Positions 9,651 through 19,816 of a stretch of 64,000 bases of DNA are shown piece after piece (position 1 is the first letter of the stretch; each line of letters starts with the position of its first letter). Origin of the DNA: Lysobacterales bacterium (GTDB taxonomy: Bacteria > Pseudomonadota > Gammaproteobacteria > Xanthomonadales > SZUA-5); the NCBI GenBank assembly GCA_022844165.1, contig JALHMH010000023.1:13314-77313 (forward strand). The letters run 5' to 3'. The notes beneath the pieces were generated by a model that saw only the letters and a list, made by a program, of their open reading frames with translations, was not told where the DNA came from and did no database searches. The position numbers and the translations under genes are program-made.

Positions 9651-12026
9651 ATGAATCGTCGTATCGGCCTTTACGCTGGCGCCATTTTGTCGCTGGGCCT
9701 GGCCATGGGGGCAGCGTTGGTTGTGCTGGCTGCGGTGGACGCGCTGATCTGGCGCCCGCTGCCGTATCCGGATCAGGATCGCATCGTGCGCATCGCGCGC
9801 GAGCAAGGGCCCGAACGAATCGGGCCGCCCGTGTCGGCGCCAGCATTTGCCGATCTGCGCGAACAGCAACAGTCGTTCGAGGCATTTGCTGCCGTCACAT
9901 CGCAAAGCGTTATTGTGACCGGCGCAGAGCGTGCTGATCGTGTGCTCGGCGCGGTCGTCTCTGGCCAGTACTTCGATATTTTTGCGATGCCGATGCAGAA
10001 AGGGCGCGCTATTTCAACCAGCGACGAAGACGCCCAAGCGCCCGCCGTAGCAGTCATTTCCCATGCCTACTGGCGCGACCATTACGCATCGTCAGACGTC
10101 TTGGGCAAAAACATCGTCATCGAAGGCGTGGCGCACACGATTGTCGGTGTCGCCGCACAAAAGCTGCGCTTGCCGGACGATGCCGCCATCGTGCGCCCGC
10201 TTAAGAACAACGACGACACGGCGCGCGGCAACAATTACCTGATGCTCATCGGCAAACTGAAGAAGGATCGCTCGATCGCCAGCGCCCAAGCGGAGTTCAC
10301 CGCACTGGGCGCGAATCTGGCGCAGCGCTTTCCTGAGAACCATGCGCAGTTGAACTTCAGCATCAAAACACTCAAGGCGCTCGCGACACAACGCTGGGAG
10401 GGGCCCTTCAAGTTGCTCGCGGCCGCGATCCTGTTGCTTCTGCTGGTCGGCTCCGCCAGCTTTGTGAACCTGCTGCTCGCCGATCACGCAGCGCGTCAAC
10501 GCGAGTTCGCGACGCGTCTGGCGCTCGGCAGCAGTGCAGCGCGGATGGGTTTCGTGGCGCTCAGGGAGTCCCTGCTGCTGGTCGGCCTGGCGACGGGCAC
10601 AGGGTTCGCGATCGGTGCGTTGGTGCTGCCGAACCTGCCGCAATGGCTGCTGGACGGTCGCGAGTTGCAGCTCTGGCCGATGCCGATTTCCCTGGTGTCA
10701 GGGATCGCGCTATCGCTCGCAGTGATCACAGCGGCGATCGTCGGTCGCGCCACGTGGCGCGCGGTCGCGCATCAATCATTGGCTGGCGTCCATCGCGGCA
10801 CCAGTCTGCACCGGCGGGCGCAGCACTTGAGACGTGCGTTGGTCGTGGTCCAAATCGCGCTCTCACTGGTGTTGTTATGCGGTGCCGGATTGATGACCGA
10901 GAGCATGCGTAGATTGCTCAGTGTCGACTTGGGATTTCACACCGATCAACTGGTCGCGATGCGCATCGTCCTGCCGGCGGAAACACTGCAACCGCCGCCC
11001 GCACCGGACGGCGTGTATCCCGGTGCCGGGCCTGCCGGGCAGCTGCTCCTCGATATCGAACGGCAACTGGCATCGCAACCAGATTTCGAAGCCGTTGGCA
11101 TCGTTTCCCGAGCGCCTGTTGTCGATGGCGCCGGGGTCAACTCGGCGTTCAATATCGAAGGCGAACCACTCGCGCCCGATGGTGCCGAGCCACTGGTCGA
11201 GTTTCGCTTCGCGACGCCCGGATATTTCGATGCGATCGGTCAGACGCTCAGTGATGGCCAGCCGTTCTCGGCGCAAGCGCAACCCCTGGAACAGCGTCGT
11301 GTGTTAGTCAACAGCGTATTTGTCGAAAAACACCTGAGCAACCGTTCGGCCGTTGGGGCGGTGATACTCAACGGTTCATTGCGATTGCCCATCCAGGGGG
11401 TGGTCAAGAGCGTGCGCCAGAACAGTTTCGATGAACCGCCCAGGCCTGAACTGTTCGCCAACTACCTCGATTTTGCGGCCGACAGCAACGCAACAATCAT
11501 TGTCCGTTCGGCGCTGCCTTTGGCCGATCTGCTCGATCGAACGCGATCGGTCGTCGCGCGTATCCACCCGAACATCCCGGTGTACGAGATTCAGCATTTC
11601 AACGAGGCTGCCAGCAGTTGGACCCAACGCCGCGAGTTCTTGCGCACGTTGATGCAGTTTTTCTCCTTCGCCGCGTTGGCGATCGCACTGGTGGGCTTGT
11701 ATGCATTGTTCGCGCACGCCGTGGCGCAGCGTGCCGTCGAATTCGGTATTCGTCAGGCGCTCGGCGCCACACCCGCCACCGTGTTGTCGCGGGTACTCAA
11801 GGAAGGTCTGGTCTTGACGGCACTTGGCATGGTTGTCGGCCTGTCTCTTTCGCTGTTGTTGGCCCCCGTTTACGAAAGCCAGATCTACGAGATTCGCGCC
11901 ACGGATCCAGTGGTTCTCGGCGTCGCATCATTGCTGATGCTCATGGCTGCCAGTTTGAGCGTTTTTGTCCCGGCCTGGAGGGCGTATCGCGTGCCAGCGC
12001 AGGTGGCGCTGCGCGGCGACGAGTGA
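9651..12026 (+). CDS. ABC permease, ADOP-like (third paralog)
   Basis: PLPYPDQDRIV, REFATRLALG, RAVEFGIRQALGA, PAQVALRGDE. Confidence 0.9.
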   Translation: MNRRIGLYAGAILSLGLAMGAALVVLAAVDALIWRPLPYPDQDRIVRIAREQGPERIGPPVSAPAFADLREQQQSFEAFAAVTSQSVIVTGAERADRVLGAVVSGQYFDIFAMPMQKGRAISTSDEDAQAPAVAVISHAYWRDHYASSDVLGKNIVIEGVAHTIVGVAAQKLRLPDDAAIVRPLKNNDDTARGNNYLMLIGKLKKDRSIASAQAEFTALGANLAQRFPENHAQLNFSIKTLKALATQRWEGPFKLLAAAILLLLLVGSASFVNLLLADHAARQREFATRLALGSSAARMGFVALRESLLLVGLATGTGFAIGALVLPNLPQWLLDGRELQLWPMPISLVSGIALSLAVITAAIVGRATWRAVAHQSLAGVHRGTSLHRRAQHLRRALVVVQIALSLVLLCGAGLMTESMRRLLSVDLGFHTDQLVAMRIVLPAETLQPPPAPDGVYPGAGPAGQLLLDIERQLASQPDFEAVGIVSRAPVVDGAGVNSAFNIEGEPLAPDGAEPLVEFRFATPGYFDAIGQTLSDGQPFSAQAQPLEQRRVLVNSVFVEKHLSNRSAVGAVILNGSLRLPIQGVVKSVRQNSFDEPPRPELFANYLDFAADSNATIIVRSALPLADLLDRTRSVVARIHPNIPVYEIQHFNEAASSWTQRREFLRTLMQFFSFAALAIALVGLYALFAHAVAQRAVEFGIRQALGATPATVLSRVLKEGLVLTALGMVVGLSLSLLLAPVYESQIYEIRATDPVVLGVASLLMLMAASLSVFVPAWRAYRVPAQVALRGDE

Positions 12027-12048
12027 CGCGCGACTATCCACCGACCAG

Positions 12049-12290
12049 CCAGCGCGGCTTTGCCTCAGACCGTTGAACATGATTGGCTTCGCTCGACAAA
12101 AAGTACTTTCCGCATCCCGCCTTCGCATTTCTGGCCCGGCGGCCCGATTGTATGGCGCTTGGGCCGGCACACGCATTGCGGCGTGGCAACATCGGTCTGC
12201 GCCTCGTTAGCTCAAGGGGCTGCCAAAGCGATAGGCGCTCCGAAAGAAAATTGAATCAAATGGCAAGAACCAGCTCCATTGAGGACTCAC
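12049..12290 (-). repeat. Degenerate full-length copy (H) of the ~240-bp CTAG-bounded repeat
   Basis: Colinear with 27100-27352: ccagcgcggctttgcctcagacc...ttggcttcgc...gcatttctggcccggcggc...ggcacacgc...aaggggctgccaaagc...tcaaatggcaaga...gaggactc. Confidence 0.85.
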
Positions 12291-12950
12291 ATGCTGCAAA
12301 CTCAACATCTCGAAAAGTCCATCCCTGCAGGTCCGTCACGCCTGTGGCTGCTGCGCCAGGTCAACTTCAACGTCGGCGCGGGCGAGTTCGTGGCGATCAC
12401 GGGTCCGTCGGGTGCCGGCAAGAGTACGCTGTTATCGATCCTGGGTTTGATGGACCACGACTTCCAGGGTGAGTACTTGCTCGACGGACAACGCGTCTCT
12501 GCCTTGAATGGCAAATCGCGGCAGGCGCTGCAGCGCGACGCGATCGGCTTTATCTTCCAGCACTATCATTTGATCGACGACTTGACCGTTGCCGAAAATC
12601 TGGACCTGCCGCTGTCGTATCGCAACGTGCCAGCCAGCGAACGCAAGGCGCGCGTCGCCGATGCGCTCGATCGGTTCCGGATGGTAGGCAAGAAGGACCT
12701 CTACCCGCGCCAACTCTCAGGCGGCCAGCAGCAGTTGGTCGCTGTCGCGCGTGCAACCATCACCCGCCCGAAGGTGCTGCTGGCGGACGAACCCACCGGT
12801 GCACTGCATTCGAGCCAGGGTGAGGAGATCATGAATGTGATCGGCGAACTGCATCGAGCCGGCAGCACCATCGTGATGGTCACGCATAACGAAGTGAATG
12901 CTGCACGTGCTCAACGCCGCGTTTCGATGCGCGACGGTTGGCTGGAGTGA
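12291..12950 (+). CDS. Second ABC ATP-binding protein (MacB/LolD type)
   Basis: [29 protein letters not shown]; GAGGA RBS 5 nt upstream. Confidence 0.93.
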   Translation: MLQTQHLEKSIPAGPSRLWLLRQVNFNVGAGEFVAITGPSGAGKSTLLSILGLMDHDFQGEYLLDGQRVSALNGKSRQALQRDAIGFIFQHYHLIDDLTVAENLDLPLSYRNVPASERKARVADALDRFRMVGKKDLYPRQLSGGQQQLVAVARATITRPKVLLADEPTGALHSSQGEEIMNVIGELHRAGSTIVMVTHNEVNAARAQRRVSMRDGWLE

Positions 12951-12959
12951 CAAGTCTCG

Positions 12960-13637
12960 CTATGGGCGGTCTTTACTGGCGCGGTTGAGGCCGGTCAATC
13001 GCGCGATGAGAATCGCCACGAAGAGCACACCCACCACCTGCTGCAACATCGCCAGCGAGCGGGCCGCCGGGCTGACGGGCGTGATTTCGCCGTAACCGGT
13101 GCTGGTCAGCGTCGTCATCGAGTAATAGACCAGATCGGACCAACCGACGACACCGTCCGGATCGTTCGTCGGGTTGATAAAGATCGCTTGCGGATCGAGC
13201 AGCACGACAAGCGAATAGGCGCTGGCCCAGAGCAGCGCCAAGAAAATGTAGATGCACGCCAACGCATACAGCTCATCGGTGGTGACGATCTCGTCGCGCA
13301 GCACGTAGCGCAGCAGGAGCAGCGCCGCAAAACCATGAAACAGCACTTGCGCACTCAACATCGCGCCAAGCACCCAGGTCCACTGCGGCCAGAGGATATG
13401 CGCCAGTTGCAGCGCGATGAGTGGCAAAAAAATCCACCAGCCGCTTCGATACCAAAGTGAATGAACGCGCAGCGTGCGCATAACGCTGAGCACGATGGCA
13501 ATATCCAGAATCTGGCCCAGTGCGCGCACCGAACGCGAGGAATCGGCGAAGGTATACAACACCAGAGTCAGCGCCAGCACCGCCAACAACGTCAGCGACG
13601 GCAAGCGCCACAACGGCAAGTTGCGCGGCAATCTCAT
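12960..13637 (-). CDS. Potassium-channel-like membrane protein (Ion_trans_2)
   Basis: Several TM helices and pore signature YYSMTTLTSTGYGEITP. Confidence 0.88.
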   Translation of the reverse strand: MRLPRNLPLWRLPSLTLLAVLALTLVLYTFADSSRSVRALGQILDIAIVLSVMRTLRVHSLWYRSGWWIFLPLIALQLAHILWPQWTWVLGAMLSAQVLFHGFAALLLLRYVLRDEIVTTDELYALACIYIFLALLWASAYSLVVLLDPQAIFINPTNDPDGVVGWSDLVYYSMTTLTSTGYGEITPVSPAARSLAMLQQVVGVLFVAILIARLTGLNRASKDRP

Positions 13638-13812
13638 GCTCGATCCCGTACGCGTTCGGTGTTGCCCACTTGCCACGGGCGCCGCACCGATGCGCGCACC
13701 GCCCCGCGAGTTCTCCCGAGTACAGGTTTCCTGGTTCGCATGGAATTGGGTCCGGCGCTCATTGCGATGAACCACACCGATGCCTGCGGGCAAGGGGAGT
13801 GGAGACGCAAAT

Positions 13813-15090
13813 CTACCGCACCAACGTCAACGACAGCCATGGCCAATAGGTGATGATCAATACGCATGCAAACAACAACATGAAAAACGGCCAGCTGGCG
13901 CGTATGACTTCCAGCACCGGGGTTCGAAATCGATACGATGCGATGAACAGATTCATGCCGAGTGGGGCCAGGAACAGACCCACCTGCAGATTGGCGAGAA
14001 ACAGGATGCCAAAGTGCACCGGATCGATTCCGTAACCCGAGGCGATCGGCAGCACCAGCGGCGTGAGCACGACAATCGCCGGGTAACCTTCCAGCAACAT
14101 GCCGAACACCAGCAAGAAAGCATTCAAAACCAGCAGAAAAATCCATTTGCTTTGCACATGTTCCTGCACCCAGGCAAAGAGCTTGCTGGGTACGTCGGCG
14201 TCGATCAGGTAGTTGGTCAGCGCAAAGGCGCAGCCCAGGATCAGCAATATCGCACCGACCAGCATCATCGCTTCGCGCATGATGGTAGGCAACTTAGACC
14301 ACGAAATTTCGCGGCGCACCACCATGGTCATCGCAAACACGTAGACGGCAGTCAGCGCGGCCGCTTCCGAGGGCGCGATCTGTCCCGAATAAATGCCACC
14401 CAGCACCAACAGCGGCAACGGTATCTCGTAACGCGCATCGATCAAAGCGTCGCGGATTTCGGCAAAATTCGTTGCGTCATCCGCTGAACGCTTCGGTGCG
14501 TGTTTGAGTGCGTACAGCGAGACGACGATCAACATCAAGATGCCCGGCAACAATCCGGCATAGAACAGATCTTCCACCGATACGGGCGGTGTTGTGTTGA
14601 GTTGCTGAGCAACGACACCGTAGATGATCAGCGGCAGCGACGGTGCGAACAACAGTCCCATGCTGCCCGAGGCTGTGACCAGACCTAAAGCAAAGCGAGG
14701 CGAATAACCACCCGTAACCAAGGCTGGATAGAGCACCGCACCGAGCGCAACAATCGTCACGCCAGAGGCGCCGGTCAGCGCCGTAAACAGAGCGCTGGCC
14801 AACACAGCAACAATCGCCAGCCCACCGGGCATCCATCCGAACAGCGCGCGCGTCAGGCGCACCAAACGCTGAGGGGCGCCGCTCTCGCTCAGCAAATACC
14901 CCGCCAGCGTGAACAACGGGATGGCGATCAGTACTGGCATCTCGCCGAGCCGGTTGATTTCGACTGCGACAATCGCCGCTTCGTAGCCTTGCGCAAAAAA
15001 GCCCAGCAGCGCAACGATCGCGATCAATGCAAAAAACGGCGTTCCGGCGAGCGCCAGCAGCAAAATGCCAAGTGCAATCAACGCGGTCAC
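13813..15090 (-). CDS. dctM: TRAP transporter large permease
   Basis: IAIPLFTLAG, GLLFAPSLPLIIY, GIDPVHFG, PLGMNLF motifs. Confidence 0.93.
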   Translation of the reverse strand: MTALIALGILLLALAGTPFFALIAIVALLGFFAQGYEAAIVAVEINRLGEMPVLIAIPLFTLAGYLLSESGAPQRLVRLTRALFGWMPGGLAIVAVLASALFTALTGASGVTIVALGAVLYPALVTGGYSPRFALGLVTASGSMGLLFAPSLPLIIYGVVAQQLNTTPPVSVEDLFYAGLLPGILMLIVVSLYALKHAPKRSADDATNFAEIRDALIDARYEIPLPLLVLGGIYSGQIAPSEAAALTAVYVFAMTMVVRREISWSKLPTIMREAMMLVGAILLILGCAFALTNYLIDADVPSKLFAWVQEHVQSKWIFLLVLNAFLLVFGMLLEGYPAIVVLTPLVLPIASGYGIDPVHFGILFLANLQVGLFLAPLGMNLFIASYRFRTPVLEVIRASWPFFMLLFACVLIITYWPWLSLTLVR

Positions 15091-15557
15091 GAATGGGCCT
15101 CGTCGCGTTGATTGAAGATCGCGATCACACTATGCAGCGCCATCAACGCAAAGCTGATGGGCAACATCACTGCGAGCCAATGCGTCTGCACCAGACCGAA
15201 GGCAACGCTCGGCGCTTCGCTTTCCAGCGCGAAGAACCCATAGCTGGCGTAAGCGAGCACCGCGCACACCGCGGCCGTCGTCAGCGCGGTGAACCCGCGT
15301 ACCCATTGGCGCCAGGGCAAGTCCAGACGCGCCACCAAAGCATCGATATGCAACTGTCGCTGTTCGCGGCTGGCAACGACTGCCCCAACCAATGCGATCC
15401 ACAACGTCAGTGCCCGCAATGCGGGCTCCAGCCACACCGGCGCCAGATCGAACAAGCGACCGAGGATCTGCGCCAGCGCGCCGAGCAGCAATGCAGACGC
15501 CAGGAGCGTCAGCAACGCATTCTCGAGCCAAACCAATACGCGCAAAACCGCTCGCAT
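15087..15557 (-). CDS. dctQ: TRAP transporter small permease
   Basis: Four TM helices, QLHIDAL motif, overlaps dctM start. Confidence 0.88.
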   Translation of the reverse strand: MRAVLRVLVWLENALLTLLASALLLGALAQILGRLFDLAPVWLEPALRALTLWIALVGAVVASREQRQLHIDALVARLDLPWRQWVRGFTALTTAAVCAVLAYASYGFFALESEAPSVAFGLVQTHWLAVMLPISFALMALHSVIAIFNQRDEAHS

Positions 15558-16522
15558 CAGCGTGCTGCGCCCTCAATGGCATCCAGGACCGCCGCCGAGA
15601 CGATGCCATCCTGACGAAGTCGTGCGCGCGTTTTGCTTCCGATTTCACGCCACGCTCTTGCCTCTTCAGCTGAGGGCGCCACGATTTGCACACCTTCTTT
15701 TTCGATCGTACCTCGTGTCTTCGTATCGTCGGCCACATTGATCGATTCGAGTTTCACGAATGCCGCATCGATTTCCGCAACGACAGTCGCGCGATCGACA
15801 TCGCTGAGTTTGCCGAGTGCCTTGTTATCGAGCGCCAGCAGACCGATCGTATAAGCCACTGGCAGATCGACCATGTACTTCACTTTCGTGGTCCATTGGA
15901 AGGCAACGGCACCAGTTGTGGTATTGCCGACCGTCTCGATGAGCCCAGTCTGCAAACTGGTGTAGATATCCGAAAGCGCCAATTGCACGGGATTGACGCC
16001 CGCGACCTCCCATGCAATGCGCCCAATCGTATCGCCTTCCGGCACCCAGACTTTCGTCGCACGCAGCTCGGCCTGGGTACCAATCGGCCTGGTGCCCATC
16101 AAATAGATGAATCCGCCTCCAGTCAGGCCCGCAATGGTCATGCCACTCTCTTGGAAGCCGTCTTTGATCAACGGATCGATCGTCGCCCGAACACGCTTGA
16201 CGTCGTCCAGCGTCTCGAAGCTGAAAGGGATACCGTAGGCCTGAACGTCGGGATTGACGGATGCCAGCTCTGTGGTTGTGAAGGCACCGCCATTCAACTG
16301 ACCGAGCTTGATCTTGCGCAACACGGTGTCGCCACTGCCCATCACACCGCCCGGGAAGAATTTCAGATCGACGCGCTTCTCGGTCTTGGTCGCGATGGCC
16401 GCCCCAGCTGCGCGCATCTCGCGCATCCATGACGAACCCTCCGGCGCCAGAGTGGCGATTTTTAAGGTGGCCGCTTGCGCGACGCCCGTCAGCATCAGAC
16501 CAGCCAGAAATATCCATTTCAT
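15557..16522 (-). CDS. dctP: TRAP substrate-binding protein (TatP-type DctP)
   Basis: Signal peptide; LKIATLAPEGSSW, FPGGVMG, IYTSLQTGLIE. Confidence 0.9.
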   Translation of the reverse strand: MKWIFLAGLMLTGVAQAATLKIATLAPEGSSWMREMRAAGAAIATKTEKRVDLKFFPGGVMGSGDTVLRKIKLGQLNGGAFTTTELASVNPDVQAYGIPFSFETLDDVKRVRATIDPLIKDGFQESGMTIAGLTGGGFIYLMGTRPIGTQAELRATKVWVPEGDTIGRIAWEVAGVNPVQLALSDIYTSLQTGLIETVGNTTTGAVAFQWTTKVKYMVDLPVAYTIGLLALDNKALGKLSDVDRATVVAEIDAAFVKLESINVADDTKTRGTIEKEGVQIVAPSAEEARAWREIGSKTRARLRQDGIVSAAVLDAIEGAAR

Positions 16523-17361
16523 TCGAAATAGTCCTTGGAGGAATCCTTGAGTATTTGAGCTTGCGATTGCGCCAGGGTATTGATCAGCGTCAGTTCCGGC
16601 GCTTTAGCGGGCGCAGCCAGAGCAGCGTCCAGCAGTTGATCGTGCAACGCCTGATCGAAAACCCGGCGTGCATAGAACTTTGCATAAAGCACGCGCACCA
16701 TCTGGTTTTGGCGTTTGGACGCAGCAAGCGCTTGCTCGAAGTAGTCTTTGGCCACGTCTGGTTTGCCGCCGTAAGCCGGCGGCAGTAAGGAATTGACGAC
16801 ACCCAGCACCATTTGCGGCTGGCCGTCGCCGAAAGCCGGATCGATTTCAACAACACGTTCCATCAAGCGTCGTGCCTTGGGTATGCCAGCGATGGCGTCC
16901 CAATCGTCGGCATTGGCCTGAATGTAACCAGCCCATGCCGAGCCGATGCAATTCAGATGTGCCGGGTCGTGGTCCGCTGCGGCGAGCGCATCGATCTGTT
17001 CGAACTTGAGCGCGCGCACATCGCACCAGGATTCGCCACTTTGACAGGCGGCCCGCTGGGCGTAGCCGAAAGCCCGCGCGGCCAGACGTCTGGCGCGATC
17101 CGGTTCGGTCACGAACGAGCCCGCATAAGCGCTATACAGCTCTGCGGCACGGCATAACGAGCCAGCTTTCGCATCCGGGCTGGCATTCATCGCATCCATC
17201 GTCAGCAAAAATGCTGGCAGACCATCGGCAACCGTCGCAGGATCATCGTGATCGAGCACCGCCGCCGACAGCTGCGACGCAAATCGATCTGTCGCGCGAT
17301 CAACCAGACTTGCGCAGCCGCAAAGTCCCATCAAAGCCACGAGGGTCAAACTGCGAAACAT
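16519..17361 (-). CDS. TPAT-system TatT lipoprotein
   Basis: Lipobox LCGC; DDPATVADGLPAFLL, LPPAYGGKPD, helical TPR-like body; directly upstream of dctPQM. Confidence 0.85.
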   Translation of the reverse strand: MFRSLTLVALMGLCGCASLVDRATDRFASQLSAAVLDHDDPATVADGLPAFLLTMDAMNASPDAKAGSLCRAAELYSAYAGSFVTEPDRARRLAARAFGYAQRAACQSGESWCDVRALKFEQIDALAAADHDPAHLNCIGSAWAGYIQANADDWDAIAGIPKARRLMERVVEIDPAFGDGQPQMVLGVVNSLLPPAYGGKPDVAKDYFEQALAASKRQNQMVRVLYAKFYARRVFDQALHDQLLDAALAAPAKAPELTLINTLAQSQAQILKDSSKDYFE

Positions 17362-17397
17362 CGAAATCGCTCTCCAGCCGCTCGAACAAGTCCGATA

Positions 17398-18270
17398 CTA
17401 GGCGAGCGAACCTTGCGATTTCGCGAATGACTCGCAGGCGTCCATCGTGTTCTGCAATAAGGTTGCAACGGTCATAGGTCCTACTCCGCCTGGCACCGGC
17501 GTGATCCACGACGCCCGCTCGCGCGCCGCGACGAACTCGACATCACCTACCAGCGTGCCATCCGCTTGTCGATTGATCCCCACATCGATCACCACCGCAC
17601 CTGGCTTAATCCACGCGCCGGGAATCAGCCCTGGCCGGCCGACCGCAACCACCAGCAGGTCCGCCCGCGATACATGCAACGGCAAATCCTGCGTGAAACG
17701 GTGCGCCGCCGTGACCGTGGCGCCCGCCAGAAGAAGCTCCAGCAGCATCGGGCGTCCGACGTGGTTCGACACCCCGACCACTAGCGCATCGCGCCCACGT
17801 ACCGGTTTGTCGGTCTTCGCCAGCAGCGACATGATGCCCTTGGGCGTGCATGGCCGCAGGCCGGGTTCGCGCAAGGCCAGACGCCCAACATTCTCCGGAT
17901 GGAAGCCGTCGACATCTTTGTGCACCGCGATGCGGTGGATGACACGTTTTTGATCCATCTGCGCCGGCAGCGGAAGTTGCACCAGAATGCCGTGAATCGT
18001 TGGGTCGACGTTCAGCGCGTCGATCAGTGCAAGCAGCTCCGGTTCGGGCGTTTGCGCCGCCAGGTCGAAGTCGCGGGTGACGAAGCCGGCGCGCTCGCAT
18101 GCTGCACGTTTGTTGCGCACGTACACCTGCGATGCCGGGTCGGCGCCCACCAGCACGACGGCCAGACCGGGCGCGCAAAGTCCATTCGCGACGCGCGCAC
18201 GAACGCGCGAACGCAGCGCATCAATGAGTTCATCGGCCAGCCGTTTACCGTCGAGCAGTTGTGCAGTCAT
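17398..18270 (-). CDS. folD: Bifunctional methylene-THF dehydrogenase/cyclohydrolase
   Basis: [49 protein letters not shown]. Confidence 0.97.
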   Translation of the reverse strand: MTAQLLDGKRLADELIDALRSRVRARVANGLCAPGLAVVLVGADPASQVYVRNKRAACERAGFVTRDFDLAAQTPEPELLALIDALNVDPTIHGILVQLPLPAQMDQKRVIHRIAVHKDVDGFHPENVGRLALREPGLRPCTPKGIMSLLAKTDKPVRGRDALVVGVSNHVGRPMLLELLLAGATVTAAHRFTQDLPLHVSRADLLVVAVGRPGLIPGAWIKPGAVVIDVGINRQADGTLVGDVEFVAARERASWITPVPGGVGPMTVATLLQNTMDACESFAKSQGSLA

Positions 18271-18589
18271 AAGCGATTCTTGTGTGGATTGCGGTGCGCG
18301 TCGTGTCGATGGCTGGATCCGCAAAGCCTGGCTTCGCGAGTGCGTGAGCACGGATGAACACGTCGACAGCTTCGAAGACTGCGAGCAAACCGATCGTGCC
18401 GCGACGCGAGGGCCGCAACTATCGACCAGTCGCCTGGTCCTCGCAACCCACCGGCACGCCGTCGCTCAGGTCCGTTCCGACGGGTCCTGGTGCGATCCTC
18501 CGGACAGCGGGTGGGCCACTTGCAGCCCGAGCGAAGTCTCAACGCGTGTCCGCCTATGCTCCTGGCATCGCCAATTGTGGGTACGCAGC

Positions 18590-19816
18590 ATGAAACACGT
18601 CGTGATCATTGGTGGCGGCTTTGGTGGACTTTGGGCAACACGCGCCCTTGCCCGCGCGAACCTCAAAATCACCCTTGTCGATCGCACCAACCACCATTTG
18701 TTTCAGCCTTTGCTTTATCAGGTGGCGACTGCCGGGTTGTCCCCGGCGGATATCGCTGCGCCGTTAAGACACATCCTCCGCCGACAGAAAAACGTAACCG
18801 TACGCCTCGATGAAGTGACGTCCATCGATAAATCGCAACGCCAGGTCATCATGCGCGATGGCACGCTTCGCTACGACTATCTGATCGTTGCGGCAGGCGC
18901 CGCCCATGCCTATTTCGGTCACGACCATTGGGCGAAACATGCGCCAGGGCTGAAAACACTCGACGACGCACTCGGAATGCGCGCAACGATGCTCAGGGCT
19001 TTCGAAGCCGCTGAACGCGAACCCGATGTCGATGTTGCCAAATCCTGGCTGCGCTTCGCCGTTGTCGGAGCCGGCCCAACGGGTGTGGAGCTCGCCGGTA
19101 CGCTCGCGGAGATTGCTCGACATACGCTCCGGCGCGAATTCCGCAACATCGACCCGACGCGCGCCGAGGTGCTGTTGATCGAAGCCGGCCCGCGCGTCCT
19201 GGCCGGGATGGATCCGGGTTTGTCGGCCAGTGCGCTAAAACAGCTGCGAAAACTCGGCGTCTCTGTGCGCTTAAACGCGCCTGTGCAGGCGATCGATGCC
19301 GAGTCGATTACGCTCCCTGGAGAGACTCTGCCCTGCCGCACGGTTTGGTGGGCTGCAGGGGTTGCCGCCAGCCCATTGGGGAAGGTGCTCTGTGAGAACA
19401 CCGATCGCGCCGGCAGGGTCCCGGTTGAACGCGACCTGTCGCTGCCTGGTCACCCGGAGATTTTCGTCATTGGCGATCTGGCCACGCTCGCGCATCACGG
19501 TGTTTCGGTCCCGGGCGTTGCGCCGGCCGCCAAACAGATGGGCAACCACGCCGCCGCGATGATCCGCCGACGATTGGCTGGCAACGTCGCAACGCCATTT
19601 CGCTACCGCGACTATGGGAGTTTCGCGACGATCGGCAGAATGGCCGCCGTCGCCGATTTGGCCGGCATCAAATTGCGTGGCGTGGTGGCGTGGTGGCTCT
19701 GGCTTGCGGCGCACGTGATCTTCTTGATTGGCTTTCGCAATCGCCTCGTCGTGCTTGTCAACTGGGCATCCAGCTACTTCACCTACCAGCGCCATGCGCG
19801 AATCGTCAGTCGCTGA
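18590..19816 (+). CDS. ndh: Type II NADH dehydrogenase (FAD-dependent)
   Basis: VVIIGGGFGG, HLFQPLLYQVAT, VVGAGPTGVELAG, IFVIGD, LIGFRNR. Confidence 0.92.
   Translation: MKHVVIIGGGFGGLWATRALARANLKITLVDRTNHHLFQPLLYQVATAGLSPADIAAPLRHILRRQKNVTVRLDEVTSIDKSQRQVIMRDGTLRYDYLIVAAGAAHAYFGHDHWAKHAPGLKTLDDALGMRATMLRAFEAAEREPDVDVAKSWLRFAVVGAGPTGVELAGTLAEIARHTLRREFRNIDPTRAEVLLIEAGPRVLAGMDPGLSASALKQLRKLGVSVRLNAPVQAIDAESITLPGETLPCRTVWWAAGVAASPLGKVLCENTDRAGRVPVERDLSLPGHPEIFVIGDLATLAHHGVSVPGVAPAAKQMGNHAAAMIRRRLAGNVATPFRYRDYGSFATIGRMAAVADLAGIKLRGVVAWWLWLAAHVIFLIGFRNRLVVLVNWASSYFTYQRHARIVSR

Noticed and set aside
18271-18589. Small ORFs between folD and ndh
   Set aside because: No RBS or motif support; probably the divergent promoter region
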